A stretch of 64,000 nucleotides of DNA from Terriglobales bacterium (GTDB lineage Bacteria; Acidobacteriota; Terriglobia; Terriglobales; Acidobacteriaceae): contig JBEKLO010000012.1 of NCBI GenBank assembly GCA_050010155.1, positions 100-64,099 on the forward strand, read 5' to 3'. Positions 19,213-28,432 of the stretch are shown piece by piece. The notes beneath the pieces are model-generated. The model had not been told where the DNA came from. It ran no database searches and saw only the letters and a program-made list of their open reading frames with translations. Position numbers and translations under genes: made by a program. Each line of letters begins with the position of its first letter. Within the stretch, counting starts at the first letter, position 1.

Positions 19213-19244
19213 ACACCATTTTCTGTGCATTATGTGTATGGTGT
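19213..19244 (-). promoter_or_regulatory. Candidate operator: inverted repeat ACACCAT-N18-ATGGTGT upstream of vapB
   Basis: 7-bp perfect arms at 19213-19219 and 19238-19244, within the 56-bp gap between the permease terminator and the vapB start. Confidence 0.35.
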
Positions 19245-19257
19245 GGGCAAGTTCAGC

Positions 19258-19292
19258 CACAAAAGAAAAGAGACGGGGCAGGTGCCCGTCTC
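19258..19292 (-). terminator. Rho-independent terminator after the APC permease gene
   Basis: On the minus strand: GAGACGGG-CACCTGC-CCCGTCTC (8-bp stem) followed by TTTTCTTTT. It lies about 27 nt downstream of the stop at 19319. Confidence 0.75.
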
Positions 19293-19318
19293 TACGGCAA
19301 AAGCTGATCGGTTGAAAG

Positions 19319-20719
19319 CTATGCTGCGAGTTCCGGTTTCTGCGAAGTCGCCGCCCAGCCCCCCGGCTTCAGCGCGTGATTGATGAGGAAGGCGACCACG
19401 CCCAGGCCGATTAGAATCAGCCCGAATAAAAGCGAACTCATCCCCAGCACCACCTCATGTTCGCTGCGCAGAATGGCAAATCCCAGAAGCAAAACTGGAG
19501 GAATGCCTACGGCAATCGCTCCGAACAGACCTCCGGGAACGCGGAAGGGGCGCTTCAATTCGGGCTCGCGAATCCGCAGCGCAATCAGCGCCGCAAACTC
19601 GAGCGCCAGGCTGGCGCCGTAAATCATGATGTCGATCGTGACTAGACGTTCGAAGCCAAGATTCAGAGCTAGCCCCCACCCGACAGCTAGCGCCAAAATC
19701 GCAACCCAGGGTGCGCGCGATTTCGGATGCAACTTGGCAAAAACCTTAGGCAGCATGCCATCCTGAGCCATCGCTAAAGGCAGCCGCGAGTAGCTCATAA
19801 CCAGCGCATTGAACATGCCAAAACCGCTCATCATGCCGCCCGCCACCAGCGCGATCCGCAGCACCGGACCGCCCATCAACTGCGCGATGTCTGCCCAAGC
19901 CCCAGTCTCCCAGGCACTGGCCGGAAGCCCGGTGACCCACATCGCCGCAAAAGGAAGAACGTAAGTCAGGCAAACAATGACCACCGCCCACAGCATGGCG
20001 CGAGGATAAGTCCGCTGCGGCCTCTCAACTTCGGTCGCGATGGTGGAGGCGTTATCCCACCCCATGTAGTTCCACATGCAGATGAGCAGGCCGCCAAGAA
20101 TATCGACGTTCGAAGTAGTCGGCTTGGTCACGGCATTGGCCAGCGCGTGAATCTTGAACGGCGCCAGCACAAAAATCGCTGCGAACGGAGCCGACAAGGC
20201 AAAGAAGAGCCACAGCGAGGTCGTCGAAACGACCTTCACGCCCATAATATTCAGGACCGCACAAACGACCACCACACCTAACGCCACCGCTACGCCACGA
20301 TGATTCTCCTGAAAATAAGGAAACATACGTGTGAGATACGCGACAAACAGCGTGGGATAAATCGCCATATCGAAAATGGACGCTACCAGCGACAGCCATG
20401 CTTCCTGAAATCCCCAGAAATTTCCCATGGCGCGGCGCACCCAGGCGTAGTAGCCGCCTTCGAAGGGCAGCGCGCTCGAAAGCTCCCCAATCATGAACGC
20501 GGTCGGGAGGCTCCAAAGAAGCGGGGTGAGCAGCAGGATAAGAATCGCTTTGCCATATCCGGCGCCGTGCACGATGTCTTCGGTCCCATAGGTTCCGCCC
20601 GAGACCATAAAAAAGGTCGCGGCGACCAGGGGCCAAAGCGTGAGGCGAATAGACTTTTTCCGGGGAGCGGCGGCGAGCGAAGGCTGCGGGATGTTAACGG
20701 GTGCGGTAGCTGTTGCCAA
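19319..20719 (-). CDS. APC-superfamily amino acid permease
   Basis: 466 aa with about 12 hydrophobic helices. FFMVSGGTYGTEDIV-type N-terminal motif of APC/amino-acid-polyamine transporters. Confidence 0.85.
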   Translation of the reverse strand: MATATAPVNIPQPSLAAAPRKKSIRLTLWPLVAATFFMVSGGTYGTEDIVHGAGYGKAILILLLTPLLWSLPTAFMIGELSSALPFEGGYYAWVRRAMGNFWGFQEAWLSLVASIFDMAIYPTLFVAYLTRMFPYFQENHRGVAVALGVVVVCAVLNIMGVKVVSTTSLWLFFALSAPFAAIFVLAPFKIHALANAVTKPTTSNVDILGGLLICMWNYMGWDNASTIATEVERPQRTYPRAMLWAVVIVCLTYVLPFAAMWVTGLPASAWETGAWADIAQLMGGPVLRIALVAGGMMSGFGMFNALVMSYSRLPLAMAQDGMLPKVFAKLHPKSRAPWVAILALAVGWGLALNLGFERLVTIDIMIYGASLALEFAALIALRIREPELKRPFRVPGGLFGAIAVGIPPVLLLGFAILRSEHEVVLGMSSLLFGLILIGLGVVAFLINHALKPGGWAATSQKPELAA

Positions 20720-21045
20720 TTTCTATGGCTTCCTCCTCAAGGCGACTCACTCTCACCACCGCGTCTCCCTTGAAAATCGTGCTCGCGGCTCTCGGGCGTC
20801 GTTCGAATTTCCCGGGCATTTCGGCGAAGTTAGTTCGCATGTGTGAGATTACGGGAAATTTCCACAGATGCAAGATTTTTTTGCGAAGAATTGAAAAATT
20901 TTGTCAACAAGGCCAGGTACGGAGGTAACGGCAACTCCATCGCCCCGGTTGCTGCACAAGGAAGTGGGATGACCCATCCCGACGATTTGTTGTATAAATG
21001 TGCCCGGCGTTATCGGCGGGTCAATCAAAATCGGAGGAATCAGCA

Positions 21046-21507
21046 ATGAGGAACGTTGTGCTCGGAGTTCTGTTGCTTGGCGTATGCATGTTGCTCGCTC
21101 AACCGGGATCACATCAGAATGCGTTCACCCCCGACCAGATCAAGTACGGACCACCGCCGCCTTTCGTTGCGCCGGGAGCGCAGTTGGCTGTAATCGAAGG
21201 AGATCCAACGGCAAGTTCAGGCGACTTTACCATCCGCCTCAGGATGCCAGATGGCTACAAGATCGCGCCTCACTGGCATCCCAAGCGCGAGAACGTGACG
21301 GTGATTTCCGGCAACTTCAAAGTCGGCATGGGCGACAAGTTCGATCCGGCCAAAATGATGACCTTCCCCGCCGGCAGCTTCGCCTATCTCGATCCCGACA
21401 TGCATCACTATGCGATGGCGTCCGGTGAAGTGGTAGTGCAGGTCCATGGCATGTCGCCGCTCCAATTTAACTATGTGAATCGGGCAGACGATCCCAGCAA
21501 GAAGTAG
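21046..21507 (+). CDS. Secreted cupin-domain protein
   Basis: Signal peptide MRNVVLGVLLLGVCMLLAQ. Cupin-like PHWHPKRENVTVISG...H motif region. Confidence 0.75.
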   Translation: MRNVVLGVLLLGVCMLLAQPGSHQNAFTPDQIKYGPPPPFVAPGAQLAVIEGDPTASSGDFTIRLRMPDGYKIAPHWHPKRENVTVISGNFKVGMGDKFDPAKMMTFPAGSFAYLDPDMHHYAMASGEVVVQVHGMSPLQFNYVNRADDPSKK

Positions 21508-21519
21508 GGAAGACGCCGC

Positions 21520-22797
21520 CTACGAAAATTCCCATCGCCGTGCCAACCTGCGGGCGATCGCACTTAATACAATGCCGATCGCCAGCAGCACCAGAACCTG
21601 CGGCCACAGGTGCGACACCGGCTCGTCGCGCCAGAAAACTTTGGTGAACCCGTCGATCGCCCAGGCATTGATAGTCAGCAAGCCCGCCTTCTGCATCGCC
21701 TCCGACATGAAATATCTTGGGAACATGCTTCCGCCGATCGACGACATGAGCAGGATCACCAGCGTCGAGAGTGGCCCCAGTTGCGCTCGCGTGCGGCAGA
21801 TGCTGGCCAGCAGCATGCCGAAAGCTCCCACGGCAAAGGCTGTCGAGAGCCCCATCACCACAAACCCCGGTATGTGCGATGGGAAATCGACTTTGAAGAC
21901 CACCCACGCCCAGGTAAACATGAGGACAAGTTGGGCGAATGCAAGCAACACGCAGTAGCAGAGTTTGCCGGCCAGCAAGGTTCCCATGGTTACCCGCGAA
22001 CTCAGCACCCGGTCCAGCGTTCCGCTTTCTGCCTCGTCCAGTAGCGAGCCGCCGGCGCCGCTGGCGGTGAAGAGCAGAAACATAACTCCAATCGCTGCCG
22101 CGTAGAAAGACACCATCTTGTTGTTCTTGTTCTCTCCAACCACATCGCGGGTGGTTACGGGGATGGGCATGCCGCGATTGGAATCGGCGGCAGCGCCTTC
22201 CTGACCACTGCTCTCGGCGGTTTCCCGTTTGCGCAGCTCGTCGAGGCCGGCTTCGATTCTTTGCTTATGTTCCGGCGTAAACCCACCGGCATATTTGTCC
22301 ATGGCCTTCGAGCCCTGCTCGGCCATGATGTCTGGCATCGAGGTCATGGCAACTTTCTGGAGCAGCCCGGCAATCACTTGTGGCGCGATCATGTCGCTGA
22401 TGTCTTTGAGCAATTGGATCGTCGGCTGATTCGGATTCGGGGGGCCAAATGAAATCGGATTTTCTCCGAAGCCATGCGGAATGATGAGCGCCACCGGCGC
22501 AGCTCCGGCTTTCACTGCGGCTTCTGCCGTTGCTGCCGTATATTCCGGCTGCTCCGCGCCTTGTTTCGGCTCCGGCTTTGTCTTTACCCGCAGCGCGCCT
22601 TCGTGCTCCAGTCCCCGGACCAAGCTCTGCGAAGCTGTGCTGTGGTCTTCATCGACCACCAGCAAGCTGACTTTCGGAGTGGTGTCATGCTGCCCGCCGA
22701 AGATCACCGCAAAAATGGAGAAGAACCCGATTGGCAGGATGAAGCTTAGCGCCAAAGCGCCGCGATCTCGACGCAGGCCGATCAATCCGGTGCGCAC
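21520..22797 (-). CDS. ABC-2 type transporter permease
   Basis: N-terminal TM helix, large extracytoplasmic loop, then a C-terminal cluster of 5 TM helices. Follows the ATPase gene with a 12-bp gap. Confidence 0.8.
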   Translation of the reverse strand: MRTGLIGLRRDRGALALSFILPIGFFSIFAVIFGGQHDTTPKVSLLVVDEDHSTASQSLVRGLEHEGALRVKTKPEPKQGAEQPEYTAATAEAAVKAGAAPVALIIPHGFGENPISFGPPNPNQPTIQLLKDISDMIAPQVIAGLLQKVAMTSMPDIMAEQGSKAMDKYAGGFTPEHKQRIEAGLDELRKRETAESSGQEGAAADSNRGMPIPVTTRDVVGENKNNKMVSFYAAAIGVMFLLFTASGAGGSLLDEAESGTLDRVLSSRVTMGTLLAGKLCYCVLLAFAQLVLMFTWAWVVFKVDFPSHIPGFVVMGLSTAFAVGAFGMLLASICRTRAQLGPLSTLVILLMSSIGGSMFPRYFMSEAMQKAGLLTINAWAIDGFTKVFWRDEPVSHLWPQVLVLLAIGIVLSAIARRLARRWEFS

Positions 22798-22808
22798 AAT
22801 GGCAAGAA

Positions 22809-23780
22809 TCAGTCGCGTAATTCCCTCCCGGTCAATTGGAGAAATACAGATTCGAGGTTGGGTTTCCGCAGCGAGATGTCTGCCAGTTCATGTCCCGCCT
22901 TGGCCGAGGAGTCCAGCAATCCGGCAATCTCAGTCGCGTGCTCGATAGTGAACCGCGCCATCCCATTTTCAAGGATTCCCCCGCGCTCTTTCACCCAGGC
23001 GGCAACGCTGTCGTCCGCGTTCGCGAACCGCGCCAGCACTTCGCTGCGGGATGCGAAAGCATTTCGCACGAGTTCGTCCTTGGTTCCGAGCGCAATGATG
23101 CGCCCATGATCGATGATTGCGATGCGATCGCAGAGCCGCTCCGCTTCTTCCATATAGTGCGTCGTGTAGATCATGGAGACGCCCTCGCTGCGCAACGTCT
23201 CGATCATTTCAAAAATGCGATTGCGGGCTTGCGGATCGACCCCGACGGTAGGTTCGTCCATCAAGATCACTTTGGGACGATGGATCAGGCCTGCGGCCAT
23301 GTTGAGCCGTCGTTTCATTCCTCCCGACAAATGCTGCACGGTTTCTTGCGCGCGGTCGGTAAGTGCCGCCCAATCCAGGCACCAGTCCATCGCCGATTTC
23401 AGCTCGGCGCGTCGAAGTCCATGAAATTGCCCGAATGACTCCAGATTTTCGCGGCAAGTAAGCTTTGGATAGAGCGCCAGTTCTTGCGGAACCCATCCCA
23501 AAGCCATGCGTGCGCCGGCTGAATCGGCCCGATCGCCAAAGACTGTCACCGTACCCGCATCTGGGATGACGCGCCCGACGATGCTGCGAATCAGAGTGCT
23601 CTTACCCGCGCCATTAGGACCTAGCAATCCCAGGCATTCGCCGCTCTGCAGTTCGAGCGTAATGCCATTCACCGCCGTCAATTCGCCGAAGCGCTTGACC
23701 AGGCCGTCAACACGCAAGGGCAACAAGGATGATGCAGTCGAGACGGGGGCAGCCGCCATCCATCCTCCGGGCGTTGGCAT
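22809..23780 (-). CDS. ABC transporter ATP-binding protein
   Basis: Walker A GPNGAGKST, signature LSGGMKRRL, Walker B ILMDEP. Confidence 0.92.
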   Translation of the reverse strand: MPTPGGWMAAAPVSTASSLLPLRVDGLVKRFGELTAVNGITLELQSGECLGLLGPNGAGKSTLIRSIVGRVIPDAGTVTVFGDRADSAGARMALGWVPQELALYPKLTCRENLESFGQFHGLRRAELKSAMDWCLDWAALTDRAQETVQHLSGGMKRRLNMAAGLIHRPKVILMDEPTVGVDPQARNRIFEMIETLRSEGVSMIYTTHYMEEAERLCDRIAIIDHGRIIALGTKDELVRNAFASRSEVLARFANADDSVAAWVKERGGILENGMARFTIEHATEIAGLLDSSAKAGHELADISLRKPNLESVFLQLTGRELRD

Positions 23781-23790
23781 AAATTCACTG

Positions 23791-23817
23791 TGTCATCCTA
23801 AGCGAAGCGATGCAGTC
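23791..23817 (+). repeat. Short copy of the TGTCATCCT(G/A)AGCG intergenic element
   Basis: TGTCATCCTAAGCGAAGCGATGCAGTC lies in the 41-bp gap between the dnaJ stop and the ABC ATPase start. Confidence 0.5.
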
Positions 23818-23821
23818 ACGC

Positions 23822-25069
23822 TCAGACCTTGCTCCAAAGCTCTTCCCGCGGGTCTTCGGGGTTGAGCTTAGCCAGTGCCCGCAACAGTTCCTTAGTCTTC
23901 TCGTCGCGAGGCATAGGGACGGTAATCTTCACTTCGACGATCTCATCTCCGCGGACGCCATCCTTCGTGGCCGAGGGCACGCCCTTTTCGCGCAGCCGCA
24001 GCTTCTGCCCCGATTGCGTCCCAGGAGGAATCTTCAACATGCTCCGGCCGTCAATCGTCGGTACTTCAATTTTCGATCCGAGCGCCGCTTCGACCGCCGT
24101 GACTGGAACTGTGATGTGGATGTCATCACCCTCGCGAGTGAACAGCGAGTGCTCGTCGATGCGGATGATCACGTAGAGATCGCCAACCCCGCCCCCTCGC
24201 AGTCCGGCATTGCCCTTGCCCGCAATACGAATCCTTTGCCCGTCACGCGTTCCAGCCTTGATGCGGATCTCCAGTGGATCGGTGCGCTCCACGCTGCCTT
24301 CACCGTGGCACACCGGACAAGGCGAAATGTTTTTGCCTGTCCCATGGCAGCGTGGGCATGTGACATTGAACTTCATGCGCCCACCGGTCTGTTCAATCGT
24401 CCCTTTGCCGTGACATTGCGGGCATACTCCCGGAGCTTCGATGAAGCCATTGCCATGGCAGTTTCCGCAGACATCGCGCCGCGCGATGTTCAGCTTCATC
24501 ACGCCGCCGCGGATCGCCGTCCAAAACGGCACGTTGACCTGGTATTCCAGATCGCTGCCCGGCTCAGGACCCTCGTCGGCCGTCTCGCCGCGCCCGCCGC
24601 CAGTAAAAATGTTAGAGAAGATGTCGCGGAAGCCACCACCGGAACTGGTCGTTGTTTTGCGGCCGCCAGCGCGAGCGCCTTCGAACAAATCCGAAAAGTC
24701 GAAGCCGCCGAAATCCACGTTGCTAGGTCCACCAGAGCGCTGGCCACCCGGGAAACCGCCGCCGAAGTCGCCAGGACTCGCGCCAGGTTGTCCGCCGCCG
24801 CGCGCGTAAGCGTCCGCCGTAGCCGGATCGATGTTGTCTGAGTAAAACCCGAGCTGATCGTAGATCTTCCGCTTCTTGGGATCGCTGAGAACATCGTTGG
24901 CTTCGGAAAGGGTCTTGAATTTTTCTTCCGCGGATTTATCGCCAGGATTGACGTCAGGATGGTATTTGCGTGCGAGTTTGCGGAACGCCTTGCGGATGTC
25001 GTCGGTCGAAGCGGACTTCTTGACGCCAAGTACGCCGTAATAATCTTTATCTTTAGTTTGGGTGGCCAT
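23822..25069 (-). CDS. dnaJ: Molecular chaperone DnaJ
   Basis: J domain (DYYGVLGV...KYHPD), G-rich linker, and four CxxCxGxG zinc-finger repeats. Confidence 0.96.
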   Translation of the reverse strand: MATQTKDKDYYGVLGVKKSASTDDIRKAFRKLARKYHPDVNPGDKSAEEKFKTLSEANDVLSDPKKRKIYDQLGFYSDNIDPATADAYARGGGQPGASPGDFGGGFPGGQRSGGPSNVDFGGFDFSDLFEGARAGGRKTTTSSGGGFRDIFSNIFTGGGRGETADEGPEPGSDLEYQVNVPFWTAIRGGVMKLNIARRDVCGNCHGNGFIEAPGVCPQCHGKGTIEQTGGRMKFNVTCPRCHGTGKNISPCPVCHGEGSVERTDPLEIRIKAGTRDGQRIRIAGKGNAGLRGGGVGDLYVIIRIDEHSLFTREGDDIHITVPVTAVEAALGSKIEVPTIDGRSMLKIPPGTQSGQKLRLREKGVPSATKDGVRGDEIVEVKITVPMPRDEKTKELLRALAKLNPEDPREELWSKV

Positions 25070-25105
25070 GGTCTAGCTGTCAGCCATCATATTCCTTTGA
25101 GGCCT

Positions 25106-25168
25106 TGTCATCCTGAGCGTAGCACGGCCCTCGGCAAGCCGAGGGCCGCGTCGAGTCGAAGGAACCCT
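25106..25168 (+). repeat. Long copy of the TGTCATCCTGAGCG...GTCGAAGG element with an internal perfect hairpin
   Basis: TGTCATCCTGAGCGTAGCA-CGGCCCTCGG-CAAG-CCGAGGGCCG-CGTCGAGTCGAAGGAACCCTACC. The 10-bp stem spans 25125-25134 and 25139-25148. It lies between the small ORF and the dnaJ start. Confidence 0.65.
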
Positions 25169-25178
25169 ACCTCACAAC

Positions 25179-25481
25179 TTAGTTCACAATCTCTTTCGCC
25201 TGCTCATCCAGCGCAACAGTGTAAGAGGCATCAAAAGGCGCGGCGTCCATTGACACAGGAATCTTCTGCATTCCCGTCCCGGTCGGCGCGTAGCAATACC
25301 AGCGTCCCTCTTCCGGGACGAAGTTCACAAAAAACATCTGTCCATTGACTTCGAATCTCAATTCGCTTTCCTCTTTCTGGCCCGTAAAGGATGACTCCTG
25401 AACTGTGATGCAACTTGGGGGCGCTCCCGCGCCCCCAAGCAAAAAGCTAATAGCTAAAAGCTTATTTCTTGTCTTCAACAT
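25179..25481 (-). CDS. Small hypothetical protein with an N-terminal hydrophobic signal, between dnaK and dnaJ
   Basis: 100-aa ORF ([19 protein letters not shown]...) occupying the position usually held by grpE. Its start overlaps the dnaK 3' end by 20 nt. The SD is weak. Confidence 0.45.
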   Translation of the reverse strand: MLKTRNKLLAISFLLGGAGAPPSCITVQESSFTGQKEESELRFEVNGQMFFVNFVPEEGRWYCYAPTGTGMQKIPVSMDAAPFDASYTVALDEQAKEIVN

Positions 25482-27402
25482 CCACGTACTCAGCGTCGAT
25501 CACGCCTTCATCCTTCTTCTGACCCGCGCCGTTCGTGCCAGAAGCCGCGTTCCCATCCGTCGGTCCCGCGCCAGCACCCGGTGCCGCGCCCGGAGTCGCT
25601 TGCGTAGCCTTATACATCTGCTCCGCCAGTTTGTGCGAAGCCGACGTCAGCTTCTCGCGCGCCGAATCCATCGCCGCCTTGTCGCCGCCTTCGATGGCTT
25701 TCTTCGCGTCCGCCAGCGCGTTCTCGACGTCTCCACGCTCCGAGCCCGAGATCTTGTCGCCATGCTCCTTCAGCATCTTCTCGATGTTGTAAACCATCGA
25801 GTCGAGCTGATTCTTGGCGTCGATCTCCTCGCGTCGCGCCTTGTCCTCAGCCGAGTGTGCGTCGGCTTCTTTCGCCATCCGCTCCACTTCTTCCTTGGAC
25901 AAGCCTGAAGACGACGTAATCGTGATCTTCTGATCCTTGCCCGTGGCGTTATCTTTAGCCGTCACGTTCAGGATCCCGTTCGCGTCGATGTCAAACGTCA
26001 CTTCAATCTGCGGAATGCCCCGAGGCGCCGGTGGCAATCCCGTCAAATGGAATTTGCCTAGAGTCCGGTTCTGCGCCGCTAAAGGACGTTCCCCCTGCAG
26101 CACATGCACTTCCACCGAAGTCTGACTGTCCGCCGCCGTAGAAAACGTCTCCGTCTTCTTCGTAGGAATCGTGGTGTTCCGAGGAATCATCGGCGTAGCC
26201 ACGCCACCCAGCGTCTCGATCGACAAAGTCAAAGGAGTCACGTCCAGGAGCAACAGGTCTTTCACCTCGCCCTTGAGCACGCCACCCTGAATCGCCGCGC
26301 CAATCGCTACCACTTCATCCGGATTCACGCCCTTATGTCCTTCGCGTCCAAACAATTCTTTGACAATTGCCTGGATGCGCGGCATGCGCGTCTGACCACC
26401 GACGAGCACCACTTCGTTAATCTTGCTGGCATCGATGCCCGCATCTTTCATGCACTGCTTCGACGGCCCAACCGACCGCTGCAAAATGTCCTCAATCATG
26501 GTTTCGAGCTTCGCCCGGGTCAGTTTCTTGACCAAGTGCTTCGGCCCGGAAGCATCCGCCGTAATAAACGGCAGATTGATCTCGGTCTCCATGGTTGTCG
26601 AAAGTTCGATTTTCGCCCGCTCTGCCGCGTCTCGTAGACGCTGCAAAGCCATCTCGTTGCCCTTGCCGCGCAGGTCGAGACCTTCATCCTTCTTGAACTC
26701 GTCAATCAGCCAATCCACCAGCCGCTGATCGATGTTGTCGCCGCCAAGGTGAGTGTCGCCATTGGTGGCTTTCACTTCGATCACGCCTTCGCCAACTTCC
26801 AGAATGGAAATATCGAACGTGCCGCCGCCAAAGTCGTATACGGCGATGGTTTCGTCCTTGCCCTTGTCGAGTCCGTAAGCGAGCGCTGCTGCCGTCGGCT
26901 CGTTGATGATTCGCTTCACCTCAAGCCCGGCAATCCGCCCGGCATCTTTCGTAGCCTGCCGCTGCGCGTCGTTAAAGTACGCCGGTACAGTAATGACTGC
27001 TTCGGTGACCTTCTCACCGAGATAGTCTTCCGCTGCTTTCTTCAACTTTTGCAGAATCATCGCCGAGATCTCTGGCGGCGTAAATTTCTTGCCCTGCGCC
27101 ATAACGGCCACGTTGTCGCCGTCGCGCTCGACCTTGTAGGGGACCATCTTCAATTCTTCGCTTACCTCGTCATACCGCCGTCCCATGAACCGTTTGATTG
27201 AGAAGACGGTGTTCTCTGGATTGGTGATGGCTTGCCGCTTAGCAACCTGCCCCACCAGCCGTTCCCCGGTCTTGGTGAATCCCACGACCGAAGGCGTAGT
27301 ACGCCCGCCCTCCTCATTCGGGATCACTTTCGGCTCTCCGCCCTCCATAACCGCAACGCAGGAGTTGGTCGTCCCCAAGTCAATTCCAATAATCTTGCTC
27401 AT
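25462..27402 (-). CDS. dnaK: Molecular chaperone DnaK (Hsp70)
   Basis: [18 protein letters not shown] and [10 protein letters not shown] signatures. 646 aa. GGAGG lies 7 nt upstream of the start. Confidence 0.98.
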   Translation of the reverse strand: MSKIIGIDLGTTNSCVAVMEGGEPKVIPNEEGGRTTPSVVGFTKTGERLVGQVAKRQAITNPENTVFSIKRFMGRRYDEVSEELKMVPYKVERDGDNVAVMAQGKKFTPPEISAMILQKLKKAAEDYLGEKVTEAVITVPAYFNDAQRQATKDAGRIAGLEVKRIINEPTAAALAYGLDKGKDETIAVYDFGGGTFDISILEVGEGVIEVKATNGDTHLGGDNIDQRLVDWLIDEFKKDEGLDLRGKGNEMALQRLRDAAERAKIELSTTMETEINLPFITADASGPKHLVKKLTRAKLETMIEDILQRSVGPSKQCMKDAGIDASKINEVVLVGGQTRMPRIQAIVKELFGREGHKGVNPDEVVAIGAAIQGGVLKGEVKDLLLLDVTPLTLSIETLGGVATPMIPRNTTIPTKKTETFSTAADSQTSVEVHVLQGERPLAAQNRTLGKFHLTGLPPAPRGIPQIEVTFDIDANGILNVTAKDNATGKDQKITITSSSGLSKEEVERMAKEADAHSAEDKARREEIDAKNQLDSMVYNIEKMLKEHGDKISGSERGDVENALADAKKAIEGGDKAAMDSAREKLTSASHKLAEQMYKATQATPGAAPGAGAGPTDGNAASGTNGAGQKKDEGVIDAEYVDVEDKK

Positions 27403-27465
27403 AACGTATCCTCCGATACAAATAAGTGCTTTATTATCAATGCAGTTATAATTATGCCATGGGTC

Positions 27466-27494
27466 ATCCTATAACCTGAGCGAATTACTGTCAA
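27466..27494 (-). promoter_or_regulatory. Sigma70-type promoter for dnaK (TTGACA-17 nt-TAGGAT)
   Basis: The minus strand reads CCTTGACAgtaattcgctcaggttaTAGGATgaccc: a perfect -35, 17-nt spacer and 4/6 -10. It sits about 60 nt upstream of the dnaK ATG. Confidence 0.5.
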
Positions 27495-27495
27495 G
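27475..27495 (-). promoter_or_regulatory. HAIR-like imperfect inverted repeat (candidate HspR operator) overlapping the dnaK promoter
   Basis: Minus strand CTTGACA-GTAATTC-GCTCAGG versus the Streptomyces HAIR consensus CTTGAGT-N7-ACTCAAG. 5/7 matches in each half with exact N7 spacing. Confidence 0.35.
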
Positions 27496-27632
27496 GTTTA
27501 GATGCTGGCAAGAAGGAAGAAGATGCAGTGCCCTTTTCGGCAGACGCTAGGCTGGTCGCCCCCGGCAGGCTACTGGCCACCCTTTCTTAACATTTCAGCA
27601 AATCACCGGATCGCGATTCGCGGCGGAGGTTA

Positions 27633-28331
27633 TCAGCTTCTCTCGACCACCGACAGAATCTCCAGCGGTTCGGGCCGTTCCGTGTAGTCCTCGTTCGCGG
27701 AGGCGAACAGGATGCTGCCGTCGCGGTCGATCACGAAAGTTGCGGGAATCGGGAGCTCCCAACTGGAATCGCCGTTGGCGAAGGGCAAATTAACAAAGGT
27801 ACTCCGGTAGAGCCCTTGCTGTTCCTCGGGGACGCGATACACCAGTCCGAACCGGGCCGCCAGTTGGTTGTGGGCGTCGGCCAGCAACGGGAAAGCAAGC
27901 TTGTGTTGGTCGTGCATGAAGAAGGCCTGCTTCTCCGTTTGCGGAGAGACCGCGACCAGCGAAGCACCCGCGGCCACGATCTCCGCTGCGATGTAGTTCA
28001 TGGCCTCCATCTGCCCGACGCAGAATGGACACCACCGCCCGCGGATGAAGAGGAGTACAAGGCGTCCCTTAGCCAGAAGATCAGCGGAGGAAACGAGTTT
28101 GCCATTGTGGTCCGGCAGTTCGAAGGCGGGAGACGGCGCGCCTGCTTTGAAGAGGTTGACTGCCTGCGCTGCCACACCCTGAGCCTTGAGTCCGGCGATA
28201 CTGCGGGCGTGGACCGCCTGAACGTCCGCGGGAACGTACTGGGCGATAGCGTCCTTGCGCTCGGCAAAGATTTCGCGCAGCGGTCGCATGTCGCGGTAGG
28301 AGCCGGATTCCTGCAGAGAACGCCATTTCAT
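27633..28331 (-). CDS. Peroxiredoxin-like (AhpC/TSA, thioredoxin-fold) protein
   Basis: LLFIRGRWCPFCVGQM CxxC active-site context typical of PRX-like2/AhpC-TSA family proteins. Confidence 0.8.
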   Translation of the reverse strand: MKWRSLQESGSYRDMRPLREIFAERKDAIAQYVPADVQAVHARSIAGLKAQGVAAQAVNLFKAGAPSPAFELPDHNGKLVSSADLLAKGRLVLLFIRGRWCPFCVGQMEAMNYIAAEIVAAGASLVAVSPQTEKQAFFMHDQHKLAFPLLADAHNQLAARFGLVYRVPEEQQGLYRSTFVNLPFANGDSSWELPIPATFVIDRDGSILFASANEDYTERPEPLEILSVVERS

Positions 28332-28432
28332 GAAAGTGGGCCATCGCTCGCCCGTCGTGAGTCATTCTGTAGGCCGTGGCGCGGCGAGCTTCTGGGCTCT
28401 AAAACGACCAACTACGAGCGGCCGACGACCCT

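Noticed and set aside
23810-24841. 343-aa plus-strand ORF
   Set aside because: It is entirely antisense to dnaJ, whose J-domain and zinc-finger motifs are unambiguous. The Arg/Ala-rich composition is typical of shadow ORFs in GC-rich DNA.
27403-27465. CIRCE (HrcA) operator in the dnaK leader
   Set aside because: Only a single partial half-site-like string (AAGCACTT) is present. There is no TTAGCACTC-N9-GAGTGCTAA inverted repeat.
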